A stretch of DNA of 63,711 nucleotides, counting the filler, from Lenisia limosa (lineage: Eukaryota; Protista; Breviatea), in assembly GCA_001655205.1 (NCBI GenBank). It is 14 parts of 14 records of this genome, joined end to end, with 100 filler letters (N's around TTAATTAATTAA, not from the genome) between each part and the next. Parts side by side here need not be neighbours in the genome. Positions count along the whole stretch, not along the records: positions 24,707 to 29,215 come from LPNZ01011675.1; positions 29,316 to 32,005 come from LPNZ01002243.1; positions 32,106 to 45,730 come from LPNZ01008153.1; 11 more parts are not named here. One strand, 5' to 3'. Both the position numbers and the translations under genes were made by a program. The notes under the pieces were generated by a model. The model searched no databases and had not been told where the DNA came from. It saw only the letters and a program-made list of their open reading frames with translations. Position 1 is the first letter of the stretch, and each line of letters starts with the position of its first letter. Below, piece by piece: positions 25,190 to 36,295 of this stretch.

Positions 25190-27200
25190 CTATTCCAATA
25201 GATGGAATTTTTGGTTTTTTTGGATCTCTTAAATGATTCGAAGATAACAGGGTACTAAGTTCCTGAATTTGAGGGGAATTGGGGACTTGGTCAAAAATCC
25301 TCCAAAATACACTCAAATCGTTATTTATGGTCACCATCTGTGTCACCACTTAAGGTATGCGTTTGGGCAAGGGCTTTTTGCAAGAAGGGGCTATTGGAAG
25401 GTATTGTGATTGAGTGATGTATCTTCTTTAATGATTCGGAGGTTTCATAGTAGAAATAACTCACCTATTTCATCATTTATTTCATTTGTTTTAGGAAATA
25501 ATAATGCAGAAGAAGAACACCAAGCTACACTTCCATCTCAAAAGAAGGGAAGTAAGCAGTCTAGTGAAGCCTTTGAGAAAGGGAAAATTGTTCTCTTTCC
25601 AGTATTGACAATGACCATTTTTGGATTTTCATCATAACAGAGGAATTAAAATGATAATTGTGACTACGCACAGCCAACACTACCATATTTTCTCTATTTG
25701 CAGTTTTGCAATAGAGAAAAAATCAAAGTCAAACCTCAATTTACTCAACATTTCCAAATTAGTTAAAGACAACTGTACCAAATAAAAGGCAAAAGCAGNN
25801 NNNNNNNNNNNNNNNNNNNNNNNNNNNNNNNNNNNNNNNNNNNNNNNNNNNNNNNNNNNNNNNNNNNNNNNNNNNNNNNNNNNNNNNNNNNNNNNTTTAA
25901 CAGCATTAAAACAATTTAATGTAGTATTTTGAAGACAACAGCTGATCAACCAATGTAAACAAAAGTGAAAAAAAAAAAATTCAACATAACTTGGTTCAAA
26001 TTGGGTTGTAACAACAATAATTTACCTTAACATACTTTAATTAACAAAAGAGCAAGCTTACTTTTGAAATTTCAAAAAAAACTGAAAATGAAAATGACGT
26101 GAATCCGCTCCAATGCTGTCTAACTTATCAATATCAATAAATATAATCAGTCTATTTGGACTAACCAGGATTCAATAAAAATAGCGCGAGAAAACAAAAG
26201 GTTAACTTCTCGGAAGGGATGGTAATAATATTTACCTGGGGTTTACAAAACAAAAACCTGGAAAGCTGGACAATCACCCCAACTAGTACATCTTTACTTG
26301 AGGTTGGTTTAAAAAATAATTAAATATCTACACTGGTTCTTGGAAGAGGTAATTTTATTTGAATTGGTGGTGTCGTCAGACTGAGTTACCACTTAAGGGA
26401 TGCGTTTGGGCAAGACAGGTTTTTACTAGAAGCGACGTTAGAGGTTTACCAATAATAAGTGAATTTTTGGATACCCTAAATAATTCTAAGATACAGTACT
26501 TAATACCTGAGGTCTTAGGAAATTTTGAAATGTTTGACGATTTTGACCATTTCTTGATTTACTGGTCATTGGTACCATGTTTTCCAAAAATTCACCCAAT
26601 CCTGTAATCAACATGGGTTTTTTCTAATAAGAACCGGTATTGTGCCAACGCATCCCTGAAGTGGTGCCGCAGCCAAGCCACCAACATTGTTATTGATTTT
26701 TGCGTTTATTTTGAAATCATTGACGATTGTGACCATTTTTTGATCTACTGGGCATAGTTACCAAGGGTTCTCGAAAAATCATTCAAAGATCCAAAAATTC
26801 ACCCTATGGTAGTAATACACTTGGGTTCCGTCTAATAGTAACCGGTATGATGCCAACGCATGCCTTTATTAATGCCGTAGCAAGGCCACCAACATTGTAA
26901 GTGATGCATTTTTTTGACAATTTTAACCATTTTGACGATTTTGACCATTTCTTGATTTACTGGTCATTAGTACCATGTTTTCTCGAAAAATCATTCAAAA
27001 ATCCCAAAATTCACCCTATGCTAGAATACACATGTTTTTCTTCTAATAGGAACCCAACGCATCCCTGAAGTGGTGCTGCAGGTAGGTCACCAACATTGTT
27101 AATGATTTTTGCGTTTTTTGAAGTTTTGACGATTTTGACCATTTCTACTTGGTCATTGGTCGAAAAATCATATATATGTGGGTCCTCAAAGCTCCGGATA
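25190..27200. repeat. Foldback-like array: ~200-bp unit in tandem (26520-27200) with inverted partial copies at 25190-25370 and 26385-26520
   Basis: Forward units begin TGACGATT(T/G)TGACCATT near 26537, 26721, 26933 and 27128 and contain CCAAAAATTCACCC and CCAACGCATCCCTGAAGTGGT. The reverse complements CCACTTAAGGGATGCGTTTGGG (25347, 26390) and GAATTTTTGGAT (25205, 26461) occur upstream. Confidence 0.75.
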
Positions 27201-27309
27201 TCATTCAAAATTTACCAGACACATCATAACTCTCAGACAACTTGAAGTTGACACCTTGTATAGGCCAAGGATAATGATTTTAAAAAAACTACTTCATTGA
27301 CAAAGAAAA

Positions 27310-27830
27310 AAAAGACCCCCAAAATGGGTTCCTGAACCTTGCTTTTCAATTTTAACCCAGTGTATTTCAAAATTTTGTCCTTAAAACACGTCTATGCAAC
27401 GTGTGAGAACTTAAGATTTTCCCTTAGCGAGAAAAACAAGAAAAAAATTTCCCTCTGGCTTAAACATATACAACTAGTGAGCAAAATTCCCCTAAGTGGT
27501 TTCTGAACCTTGTTTAAATTCTGACCAAGTTGGTTTCATAATATTGTCCTTAAAACTTGTCTATACCACGTGTGAGAACATAAGCTAGTTCCTAGGTAAA
27601 AAAAATTGAGAAAAATTTCCCCTCTGGCTAAGACATACGCAACCAGTGACCAAAATTGGTCAAAAATCCCCTAACTCCCTTACCCCCCAAAACTGGATCC
27701 TGAACCTTGCTTTTCAATTCTGATCAATTAGATTTCAAAACACTGTCCTTAAAACACGTCTATATAACGTGTGAGAACATAACACAGTCCCTTAGTGAGA
27801 AATAATTGAAAAAAAAATCCCCAAAAAATA
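27310..27830. repeat. Tandem array of three ~175-200-bp units
   Basis: Recurrent CTGAACCTTG(C)TTT...TGTCCTTAAAAC(A/T)CGTCTAT...CGTGTGAGAAC near 27330, 27503 and 27700. Confidence 0.85.
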
Positions 27831-27900
27831 AAATAAAACTAAGGACTGGTACAAATGAACAAGAAAACAATGTCCTTGAGGAGTCATTGGGGTCACGTCA

Positions 27901-29005
27901 CCGGTCGTCCGGTCGTTACTTTCAGATTGCACCACTTCCAGGTTACTTTACTCAAAACTTTACATAACGTTCATTACCTTAGACTACCTGGTATTTATCA
28001 ACGCTTGACCTTCTGTTGGCCTGGGTCGAAAAATAGCAAAACAAAAAAGCCATTTTTACTATTTTAAAGCCGGTGTACCCCCTAGGTTTAATTTTTTAAA
28101 AGTACTATATCGAATCAGACGACCTGAAAACCCCAAAAACCGAATTTTAATGTCGAAAAAAACTAACTTTTTTAATAAAAAAGGTCACAGCTATCGACCT
28201 TCGTCAGGATCTTGGTGACGCTAAGTCGAGTCAGGGAAGGTGCCTCAGACACCCCCCCCCCCNNNNNNNNNNAGGTAGAAAATGCCATTTTCACTATTTC
28301 TCCCCCGGTGTGCCCCCTAGGTTTAATTTTCAGAAAAAACTAACGGGTGAAATGAACTCAGGCAACCTGAAAACCTCCCGGAAAGCCATCCCGAGGGTTG
28401 CCAGGCGACAGGTTGAGTATATGGAGACCGAAAGTCGACTTTCAGGCCCGATACCCCAGAAAACCATCCAATCTACCCCCCGTTTGACCCCTTTCTGCTC
28501 AAAAATGCATTTTTTTCACAACAGAAATTGAATCAGACGCCTTTGAAACCCCAAAAACCGATTTTTAATCTCGAAAAAAACTAACTTTTTATAAGAACAC
28601 TGCCAAGAGACCTTCGCCAGGATCTTGCAGACACCCCCCCTTCGTTCTTGACGCTATCTCAACCATTTTTGACCAAATTTGTACCATTTTCCCCTTTTCT
28701 CTTAGTTTCTGATTATTTATTTTTTTGGTTCTCGACGACCAAAAAATTGGTTACATTTAATTTGGTTTGTTCCCAACATTTTTATTGTCGCTGCTATATA
28801 ATGGAGATACGATGTGGTTGGGCTCTAAAGTGTGATAGGACCAAGGAAGGTTGTTGTCCAAAGACCAAAATCAAGGAACGTTGGGGTTTTAGACCAAATC
28901 AAGGCAAGCGGTTGGCAATAGTTGAAGGAAATGAACGTTATGTTTAGTTTTGAGTTAAGGAACCTGGAAGTGGTGCAATCAGAAAGTAACGACCGGTAAC
29001 GACCG
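27901..29005. mobile_element. ~1.1-kb non-coding element bounded by ~75-bp inverted repeats, with internal direct repeats
   Basis: 27901-27975 CCGGTCGTTACTTTCAGATTGCACCACTTCCAGGTTAC...ACATAACGTTCATT is the reverse complement of 28930-29005 AATGAACGTTATG...AACCTGGAAGTGGTGCAATCAGAAAGTAACGACCGG. Direct repeats at 28070-28220/28305-28630 and 28725-28890/29015-29200. No TSD or transposase seen. Confidence 0.65.
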
Positions 29006-29339
29006 ATATGGTCGTGGGTTGGTTCTCGACGACCCCAAAATGATTACATTTAATTTAGTCTGTTCCCTACTTAAACATCCCATGTTTATTGGACGCTATC
29101 GTTGTTATGTTAGGGAGATCCGATGTGGTTGGGGTCTAAGGTGTGTTAGGACTCTGGAAGGTCGTTGTCTTCAGACAAAGATCAAGGGACGTTGGGGGAC
29201 GAATCAAGGGCAAGGNNNNNNNNNNNNNNNNNNNNNNNNNNNNNNNNNNNNNNNNNNNNTTAATTAATTAANNNNNNNNNNNNNNNNNNNNNNNNNNNNN
29301 NNNNNNNNNNNNNNNGGGGGGGGGGGGTAGAATATAACA

Positions 29340-29415
29340 ATAAGGGGTTTAAAGATGAAGTGTTGAGATTATCCATCCACTAGGGGTTAAAGATGAAGTG
29401 TTGAGATTATCCATT
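29340..29415. repeat. ~39-bp tandem duplication in a NOP14 intron
   Basis: GGGGTT(T)AAAGATGAAGTGTTGAGATTATCCAT twice. Confidence 0.85.
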
Positions 29416-29419
29416 TACT

Positions 29420-31900
29420 CACTTGTAAGCATCAGTATCATAGTCGTCGTCATTTTGACTCTGTGTCATTAGGATATAAAAGAGAGTCATTAGCACCCCA
29501 AAACAATCCAAAACTTCAACACTTATTGATCCTCCAACCGTTTCGGTTGGAATCACTTCAAAGTCCAACTTGGCAGCTTCCTTGACCTTCTTGTAGTTCG
29601 CATCTTCAGGGTCAGAGGGCGATGTTAAAACAATAGAGAGCGTTTTCAATAAGCCCCCTCGCTCACCAAGCTTGAGAACGGCGTGATGGACCTGGTTGGG
29701 AAGGTGGTATTCGTCCCTTTGGGGGGCAAAAGACGCGGCCACGCGGTGCAGGAACGAGAACACTTCTGGGCAGTAGCGATGCCCTTCAGAGGTGTACTGA
29801 GAGATTAAACACTCAATTGTGCATACTTACGCTATATGGTATGAAGATGAAGGACTCTTGACTATTATTGTTTCTTGTGATTGGAGTCATTATCTATGGA
29901 CACCAATTGAACTTAAGTTCCTATTACCAGTTTCAAATAAATTACACAATCTAAAACTATTATATATTACAGCATTTTATACCTCCTCCTCTCATACATG
30001 GAGCATAAGACGAGCAGTTGCAAGGCCAGTCAGGACGTCACGTACACTCTCCACTTTGGAGTTGGCCAAAATGGAGCCGAGAAGAACAGTCTATAAGGGG
30101 GAGACAAGTCAATGAACAACTTGGGCAATTTCAAGACCAAATTTTGATACTGTGACTTATGATTAAATATCAGTCTTTGAATATTTGAACCTCTTACGGA
30201 GGCGGTGGTAACGGGGTGGTGGAAATCGGAAATGGGGAAAATGGAGGCGAAAGCACGGAGGAGGAAGAAGTCTCCACGAGTGGTTTGTGAGGGTCNNNNN
30301 NNNNNNNNNNNNNNNNNNNNNNNNNNNNNNNNNNNNNNNNNNNNNNNNNNNNNNNNNNNNNNNNNNNNNNNNNNNNNNNNNNNNNNNNNNNNNNNNNNNN
30401 NNNNNNNNNNNNNNNNNNNNNNNNNNNNNNNNNNNNNNNNNNNNNNNNNNNNNNNNNNNNNNNNNNNNNNNNNNNNNNNNNNNNNNNNNNNNNNNNNNNN
30501 NNNNNNNNNNNNGTTGGTGCGTCATGTCGTTGACCTGAGGGAGTTAAACATCGAGTTGCCTCAACTCAGTTCAAATTTTTGGGCTTTACACACAAATGCT
30601 TCCGCTTCCGCTCACAATTTGCCAGTTGATAGGTGTGGCCTCCGCGGCCGCGTGGACATGGCTCAGAATGTGTTCAAAAAGCAGCGCACGGATGGGGAGG
30701 TTGCTTTGCGCCACCTTATGAGAGTAGAGCGTACTGCGGTGTTAGTCATGTGCATGACATAACACTGCTGTACTGGAACTTGTTCGAGATCACGTAAATT
30801 TTAATATTGTCTTGTCCTATGAATAGGGCTATGATCAGAAAAAGGCTGTTAAAAATCAATATTAAATAGGAAAAGTGAAGATTGTGAGGAGGCCCTCCCA
30901 CCGCATTCGTCGGACGGCTATGTGTTGTAGAGCGGGATGGTGGCGGTTGAGAGTCTCTATGGGGGAATAAAATTGGACAATTGAAGTCTCTATGGGGAAT
31001 AAAACTGGACAATTGAAGTCTCTATGGGGGAATAAAACTGGACAATTGAAGTCTCTATGGGGAATAAAACTGGACAATTGAAGTCTCTATGGGGAATGAA
31101 ACTGGACAATTGAAGTCTCTATGGGGAATAAAACTGGACAATTGAACATTTTTCTCATATGTCCTTTTTTACGAGTTAAATTGTTGTGAAGTTGACCGTA
31201 ACATGAAAAAGAGACACAGAAAATTGAATTAACGAAAATAATTCGAATTAACTATACAGTTTAGGATATTGAGCATATAATATTGTCCGTAGCTTTGACA
31301 ACTCCGTGATTGGAGGAGGGTCTTATAAGCAGAGGCCTACGAGCAAAAACAGGGTAGCTTGGGGAAATACTGAAGGTGAACGGCAAGTTGTCGAGACACT
31401 TCTTCCTGTCTTCCTCGGTGGCAATGGGGGCTGTGGACATGTCCTGAGACTCAGCGTCACCTTAATGAATGAAGCTGAATCTAATCACACAACTCAAGCG
31501 GCTTGTCAGGCTTGATATTCTCTGGTAACACACACCACGGAATCTCTGTTATCAGAATTAATATTCTGCGAGTATCCAACTCTGAAGATACGTATCTTCA
31601 ACAACAACAATACCATAAACAATACCTCTGTGCCCCGCAGCAGTGGCTTGCATGGCCTCTTCATCATCCGAATCCGAGTCTCCTCCCTTCATAATGCGCT
31701 TCGTAGCTACAAGGTGACACTACTTGATATACTATCCAAGATTAGAATCTGGTTAAATCCACCATCATGTTAGAAACCCCTTTCGTTAACAGAAGCCCCC
31801 CCCCCCACGCTTGAAGGACAGATCCATATCATCATCAAGATCCAGCCCATCGTCCAAAGAGTCTCCAGAAGCCATGCGTGTCTGAAGGGGATCAGAATCG
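29420..31900 (-). CDS. NOP14: Nucleolar protein 14 (SSU processome), internal fragment
   Basis: TRMASGDSLDDG; DNLPFTFSISPSYPVF; GDFFLLRAFASIFPISDFHHPVTTAS|TVLLGSILANSKVESVRDVLTGL; SQYTSEGHRYCPEVFSFLHRV. These match NOP14 motifs LPYTF, FPTSDFWHPVVTPA and SQRFIPELINFL. Confidence 0.9.
30952..31146. repeat. 32-33-bp minisatellite, 6 copies, in a NOP14 intron
   Basis: Unit AGTCTCTATGGGGAATAAAACTGGACAATTGA starting at 30952, 30985, 31017, 31050, 31082 and 31114, with no spacers. Confidence 0.95.
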
Positions 31901-32105
31901 GCAACTCAGGTTTGGCGAAGAGTGGTGGAAAAAGAATAAAACTTGAGACGAATGTTTCTTTTTAATGGTCCCTCAGACTTCTTTTGTACCCCCGGTGCTG
32001 TAGTCNNNNNNNNNNNNNNNNNNNNNNNNNNNNNNNNNNNNNNNNNNNNTTAATTAATTAANNNNNNNNNNNNNNNNNNNNNNNNNNNNNNNNNNNNNNN
32101 NNNNN

Positions 32106-32230
32106 GTATAGCTGCAGGGCGCTTTAATTCCAATATGACACTAAAATGGCAAACGAACAAACAATAGGTGTAAAAAGTGTTAAAAAGCACCAAAAATGAT
32201 TTAATGGCGGGGTTTTTGGCCGGTAGCATA
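32106..32230. repeat. ~125-bp dispersed repeat E (second copy 34686-34830), TA-bounded, possible Tc1/mariner-type MITE
   Basis: GTATAGCTGCAGGGCGCTTTAATTCCAATATGACACTAAAATGGC...GGCGGGGTTTTTGGCCGGTAGCATATA is nearly identical at both loci; the 34686 copy has a short internal duplication. Confidence 0.85.
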
Positions 32231-32321
32231 TATATATATAGATCGATATATATATAGCTACTATTTCCTCCATAACAAATCGTATTCATTTCTTTACACA
32301 TTTTGCTCCTGACACGACAAG

Positions 32322-34270
32322 ATCGCATGCACCCACTGCGGAGAGGAAATTAAGAAGAACTTGCTTCAGGACCACGAAGATACTTGTCCCAAAAGGAAAG
32401 TTCTTTGCATGTTCTGTGCCCTTGAAGTCCTTGAGAAGGATTCGGAGAGTCATTTTGTGGGAAGAGTGGCTGTTGTGATTTTGTGATCTTCCAAAGAAAA
32501 TAAAGTTTGAGACAGCAAGAACATGTTACCGAGCAATCATCTTACAATGATAGATTTCCTGTGGTTCGAGAACAGATGAATGCGATAAATGTGGACGGAG
32601 GTTACAGCTTAAAGGTCTGAGGAGGGCTATGGATCATGTTTCTCCCCATTGTGTTCATTATGAGACCCGCTCGTCGCCTTTTTGGGGTTTACATAATCCC
32701 CTGTTTGTTTCTGCTCCTCCACAATTCTCAAAGTCCAGACTTTGCGCTTCATGAAGAGTCCAATTGTGAGCTACCCGTTCCAGAAGCACCACGCACTGAC
32801 CCTTATCAGAATATGTATAAGTGGATGGTTGATTTATCTTTGCCCCTCCCACAGCATTTTTTGTTTCTTTTGTAACTTGTATGCTTTTACTACGTGATTA
32901 TTCAACAAGGTTGTATTTTTATGAAGGGTTTCCCAAGCTTTTTTTTTACATTTTAAGGTCGCCAGAAGATCAAATTGATCGACTACGGGAGCTGAGTATG
33001 GCGGACCATGATTATCTAATGGCTGAGGTAGGCTAAGTCTTCTTAAGCGTTGGCTGAATGCTTGGATGGGAGGCAAAATGTATGATGGCTTCATTTTTGT
33101 GTTTTATTTTTTGAGTACACTTAACCAGTCAGGCAGCACTATTGAACAGACCAGTCCTCAAGTTAAGCGATAAGCCAAAGTCCAAGGGCCCGAGGGAGTC
33201 CAAACCGGCAAAGACGCAAATTCCGTCCTACACGTCCCCGACATCAATGAGCAAGGACAAGGTCTCCAAGCCAATAAATGACAAGGACTTCTTGAGCAGC
33301 TTGTTGCAAACAAAGCCCATTGCCAAGCCAGTTCAGCCCAAAAACAAGACTTTAGTACCGGCAAAACCTTCAGTCGTATCTGCACAGCCCCCTCCAAAGT
33401 CGCCTTCTCCATTGAGTAAGGGGATTATCTGAGTCTATTCTTTGTGATTAACTTCTTCGCGTCACTTGATGATCATATTGTTTTGCCCGCATTATTTGCC
33501 CTGCAGATCAGCGGCCGACCTACGGTCTCCGCGTGGTCCAGCCGGATAGTGTCAATGAGTTTCAGTTCCAAACACTGGGTACACAATCAAGCAACCCCGC
33601 GCCAGTAGTTGCAGCAAAGCCCAGTGCGAAGTTACAACCATCGCCGCCTCCGACTCAGACAGTTCGCAAAGCGCCAGAGAGGGCGCCACTCCCATTGCGA
33701 CATCTTGATAATGTCCCGGTTTCATCATTTTCAGGAGGTATGAGGGCCCAATATTATACCGTTTGCTGCATTTCTGTAAAACAGTAGAGTGTTTATTGTT
33801 TCAGGAGGAGAATGGGATTGTGAGATGTGCGGCCATCCCTGTGCAGACTATGAGGAAGTCCAGGTTAGCTGCCCTGTTTTTATGAAAATTTCCTTTCATA
33901 TTTAAGAGAAGACGAAGATATTAACTCCTTCTGTTTCTTATAATTTGCTTGACTTTTAATTTCGCTCTGAAGATCCACCTACTGACAACCTGCCCCCATC
34001 GAGAGGAGTATTTGGCAGAGCTTGAGGGGAGTGGACGTGTTCGGACACCGCCAAGTCCCGTCGAGATCAATGAGTTGGGGGCAAAATAAAGGTGCAAATT
34101 TGACGCCATTTTGAGTTTCTGAGCCTCTTTCAAATGATTCACACCCCAGACCGGAAGTACCCCGGAGGAATCCGTTTCCAGTTATGCGCGAAACAGACAT
34201 CTCCGCCTCCGCAGTTCCTGATGATTACTTTTCGGATAGGCCTGATCCAAAGTTTGGGGGAGAGGCATGA
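32322..34270 (+). CDS. TRAFD1/XAF1-like TRAF-type zinc-finger protein (5' part missing)
   Basis: IACTHCGEEIKKNLLQDHEDTCPKRKVLCMFCALEV; SCGSRTDECDKCGRR (cf. TRAFD1 CGARTELCGNCGR); Pro/Ser/Lys-rich linker; C-terminal WDCEMCGHPCADYEEVQ|IHLLTTCP zinc finger. The 3' end is approximate. Confidence 0.7.
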
Positions 34271-34869
34271 ACTAATATCCTCATTTTCACAGGTGTAGTA
34301 CAAGCCTTTCAGTGTTGAAATCATGTCTCCTCTTTGTCCCTTGTTATATTGTGTAGTAGTGCCAGTTATTTTGATGACGTTTTCGTCCCGCACCAAGGCC
34401 AGTTCCACTCCGAGTAAGCTCTTTTTTTTGCAATCCAGTTGAGTCTATTATCGATATCGTTTTGGTCTTTCACAAAAATGATTCAGAGAAGAAGCACCAG
34501 CACGTATCCAGCAGGAAAGATCTCCTTCACCCCCGAATGGTGGGTCAAGCCCCCCCCCCCCCCCNNNNNNNNNNTTTAGCCCTTCTTGAATTTTTCGACT
34601 TCTCGAAAAACACTCCTTTTTCAGGACTTTCCCCCCCCGATTCTCACGTTTACAACCTAAAAACCAACATATTTTAATTGTCTTGTATAGCTGCAGGGCG
34701 CTTTAATTCCAATATGACACTAAAATGGCAAACGAACAAACAATCGGTGTAAAAAGTGTCAAAAAGCACCAAAAATGATTTAATGGTGGGAAAATGATTT
34801 AATGGCGGGGTTTTTGGCCGGTAGCATATAAAGGAGCAGTATCGCTTGACAAAAAATATTTCCTTTATT

Positions 34870-35215
34870 CCATCATAGCCTTTGAATGAAGCAAACCAGA
34901 ATATAAGGTGATTCGTTAGAGTCTGCCTCGTTACAGCACCTTCTTGATCCTGGATATTATCGATCACCTTATATATTGCACTTTAGATGATGGACAGCTT
35001 AAACTAACTTTATAAGTACATCCACAGTGGAAGGTGGCCTACCTAAGGCAAGATAACCGTTTTGGCGGTAACACCGAGATAATTACCGGGAAAGCTCAGC
35101 AAAGTTGACCTTTTTTAGGGGAAGACCCGTAGTCTGGATCTTCGACTAGCTTTTGCTTTAGAAAGTCAGTACAGCTGTTTTTCAGCGTTTGAGATTGGCG
35201 ATTGGCGGATATATA
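34870..35215 (-). pseudogene. Degenerate pogo-like transposase N-terminus, relative of the copy in the WDR27 intron
   Basis: SCTDFLKQKLVEDPDYGSSPKK/VNFAELSR aligns with CLAYLRQRIGQEPEFGSSPKTVNYSKIAR. Then GRPPST and VIDNIQDQEGAVTRQTL (cf. VQQCMDDDGISVTKRVL). A +1 frameshift lies in a T6 run at 35111-35116. Confidence 0.65.
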
Positions 35216-36295
35216 ACCTTAGTGATCGTGATAGCGGTTCATCTAGGCATCTTCTTCATTATAGGGATCATCAATTGCATCAACAATACAAGCTAATAAG
35301 TGTCAATTGGAGGAACAAAGTGCAAAATAAAGATATTTTGTGTTGATGATGTCTTTCATTTACTCACTCTCAAAACAAATCGGGAGAATTACCCGAACTG
35401 GAACTTATCAACTTGTTTATACTCACTGCTGACTTCATACTCAAATGAGCTGAAGACGTATTGTCCATAAGACCCGGAAGAGTTCTCTCATACTCAAAGT
35501 CCGGAAATGTCATCATCGTCATCGGTAAAGATGTCAGCAAAACCATGACAGATATTACTAAGTATTAAAAACACTTGTTGGTGAATTACTTATTTTACAT
35601 CGTTCTTTCCTTCGGTCGGTTCCAAAATAGCACTCTGTTCATAAAGTAGCTTGATTTCACCTCTTCAATATTTGATGAATGAGTTTCATATGGACTAACT
35701 AGTTTCTTTTGACAGCAGTCAGCGATGTACTTCTTAATTAACCTGTAGACTGATACACGATTATAGATCATAAACCGGAGTACATCCAATTAAATCTAAG
35801 CAAAACACCATAGAAAATGCCATGATACACTTGTATGTTACGTACGATCCATTTCCCCTCCATTTTATTTCATGATTGTTCGAGGTTATGTAAACTGATA
35901 ACATGTTACTATCTCAAAAAATGTAACTTATTTGAAATTTTCGCATTCCTCTAACATTTTAGGTAAGTGGGAGTATCGTATCTCGTGTGTGAAAGTGTAA
36001 GAGATGGATTATTTGTTTGACTGAGTGAGTAACCTTTCAATACCCATTTCTTATTCCATATGACAAAGAAGAATTGTATTTTTTTTTTTTTTGTGAATCA
36101 AATATCAGATGAACTGAACTAGTCTCTAACTTATATACGATATTACAATTGAATACTCATTTTGCTATTGTTGTTTACGTTCCTTTTACTGAAATAAAAC
36201 TATCATTAAACACACTACTGCATTTAAGTTTCTTTTTATTTTGATTATCCTTGAAATATCTCAACTTTTGTCTTGCTTGCACAATTAACACCACA

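Noticed and set aside
25345-26410. TTAA/TAA plus GGGATGCGTTTGG as piggyBac, Kolobok or PIF termini
   Set aside because: Conservation extends beyond the putative TSD (CACCAC), and the motif recurs inside tandem units, so it is not a terminus.
30952-31146. CRISPR-like array
   Set aside because: The units are directly adjacent with no unique spacers and lie in a eukaryotic intron. The same applies to 25068-25169.
34139-34408. Minus-strand 89-aa ORF
   Set aside because: Largely antisense to the TRAFD1-like C-terminal exon, with no recognisable motif.
35226-35830. Possible small minus-strand gene with acidic segments
   Set aside because: I could not build a consistent spliced frame, so it is not supportable from sequence alone.
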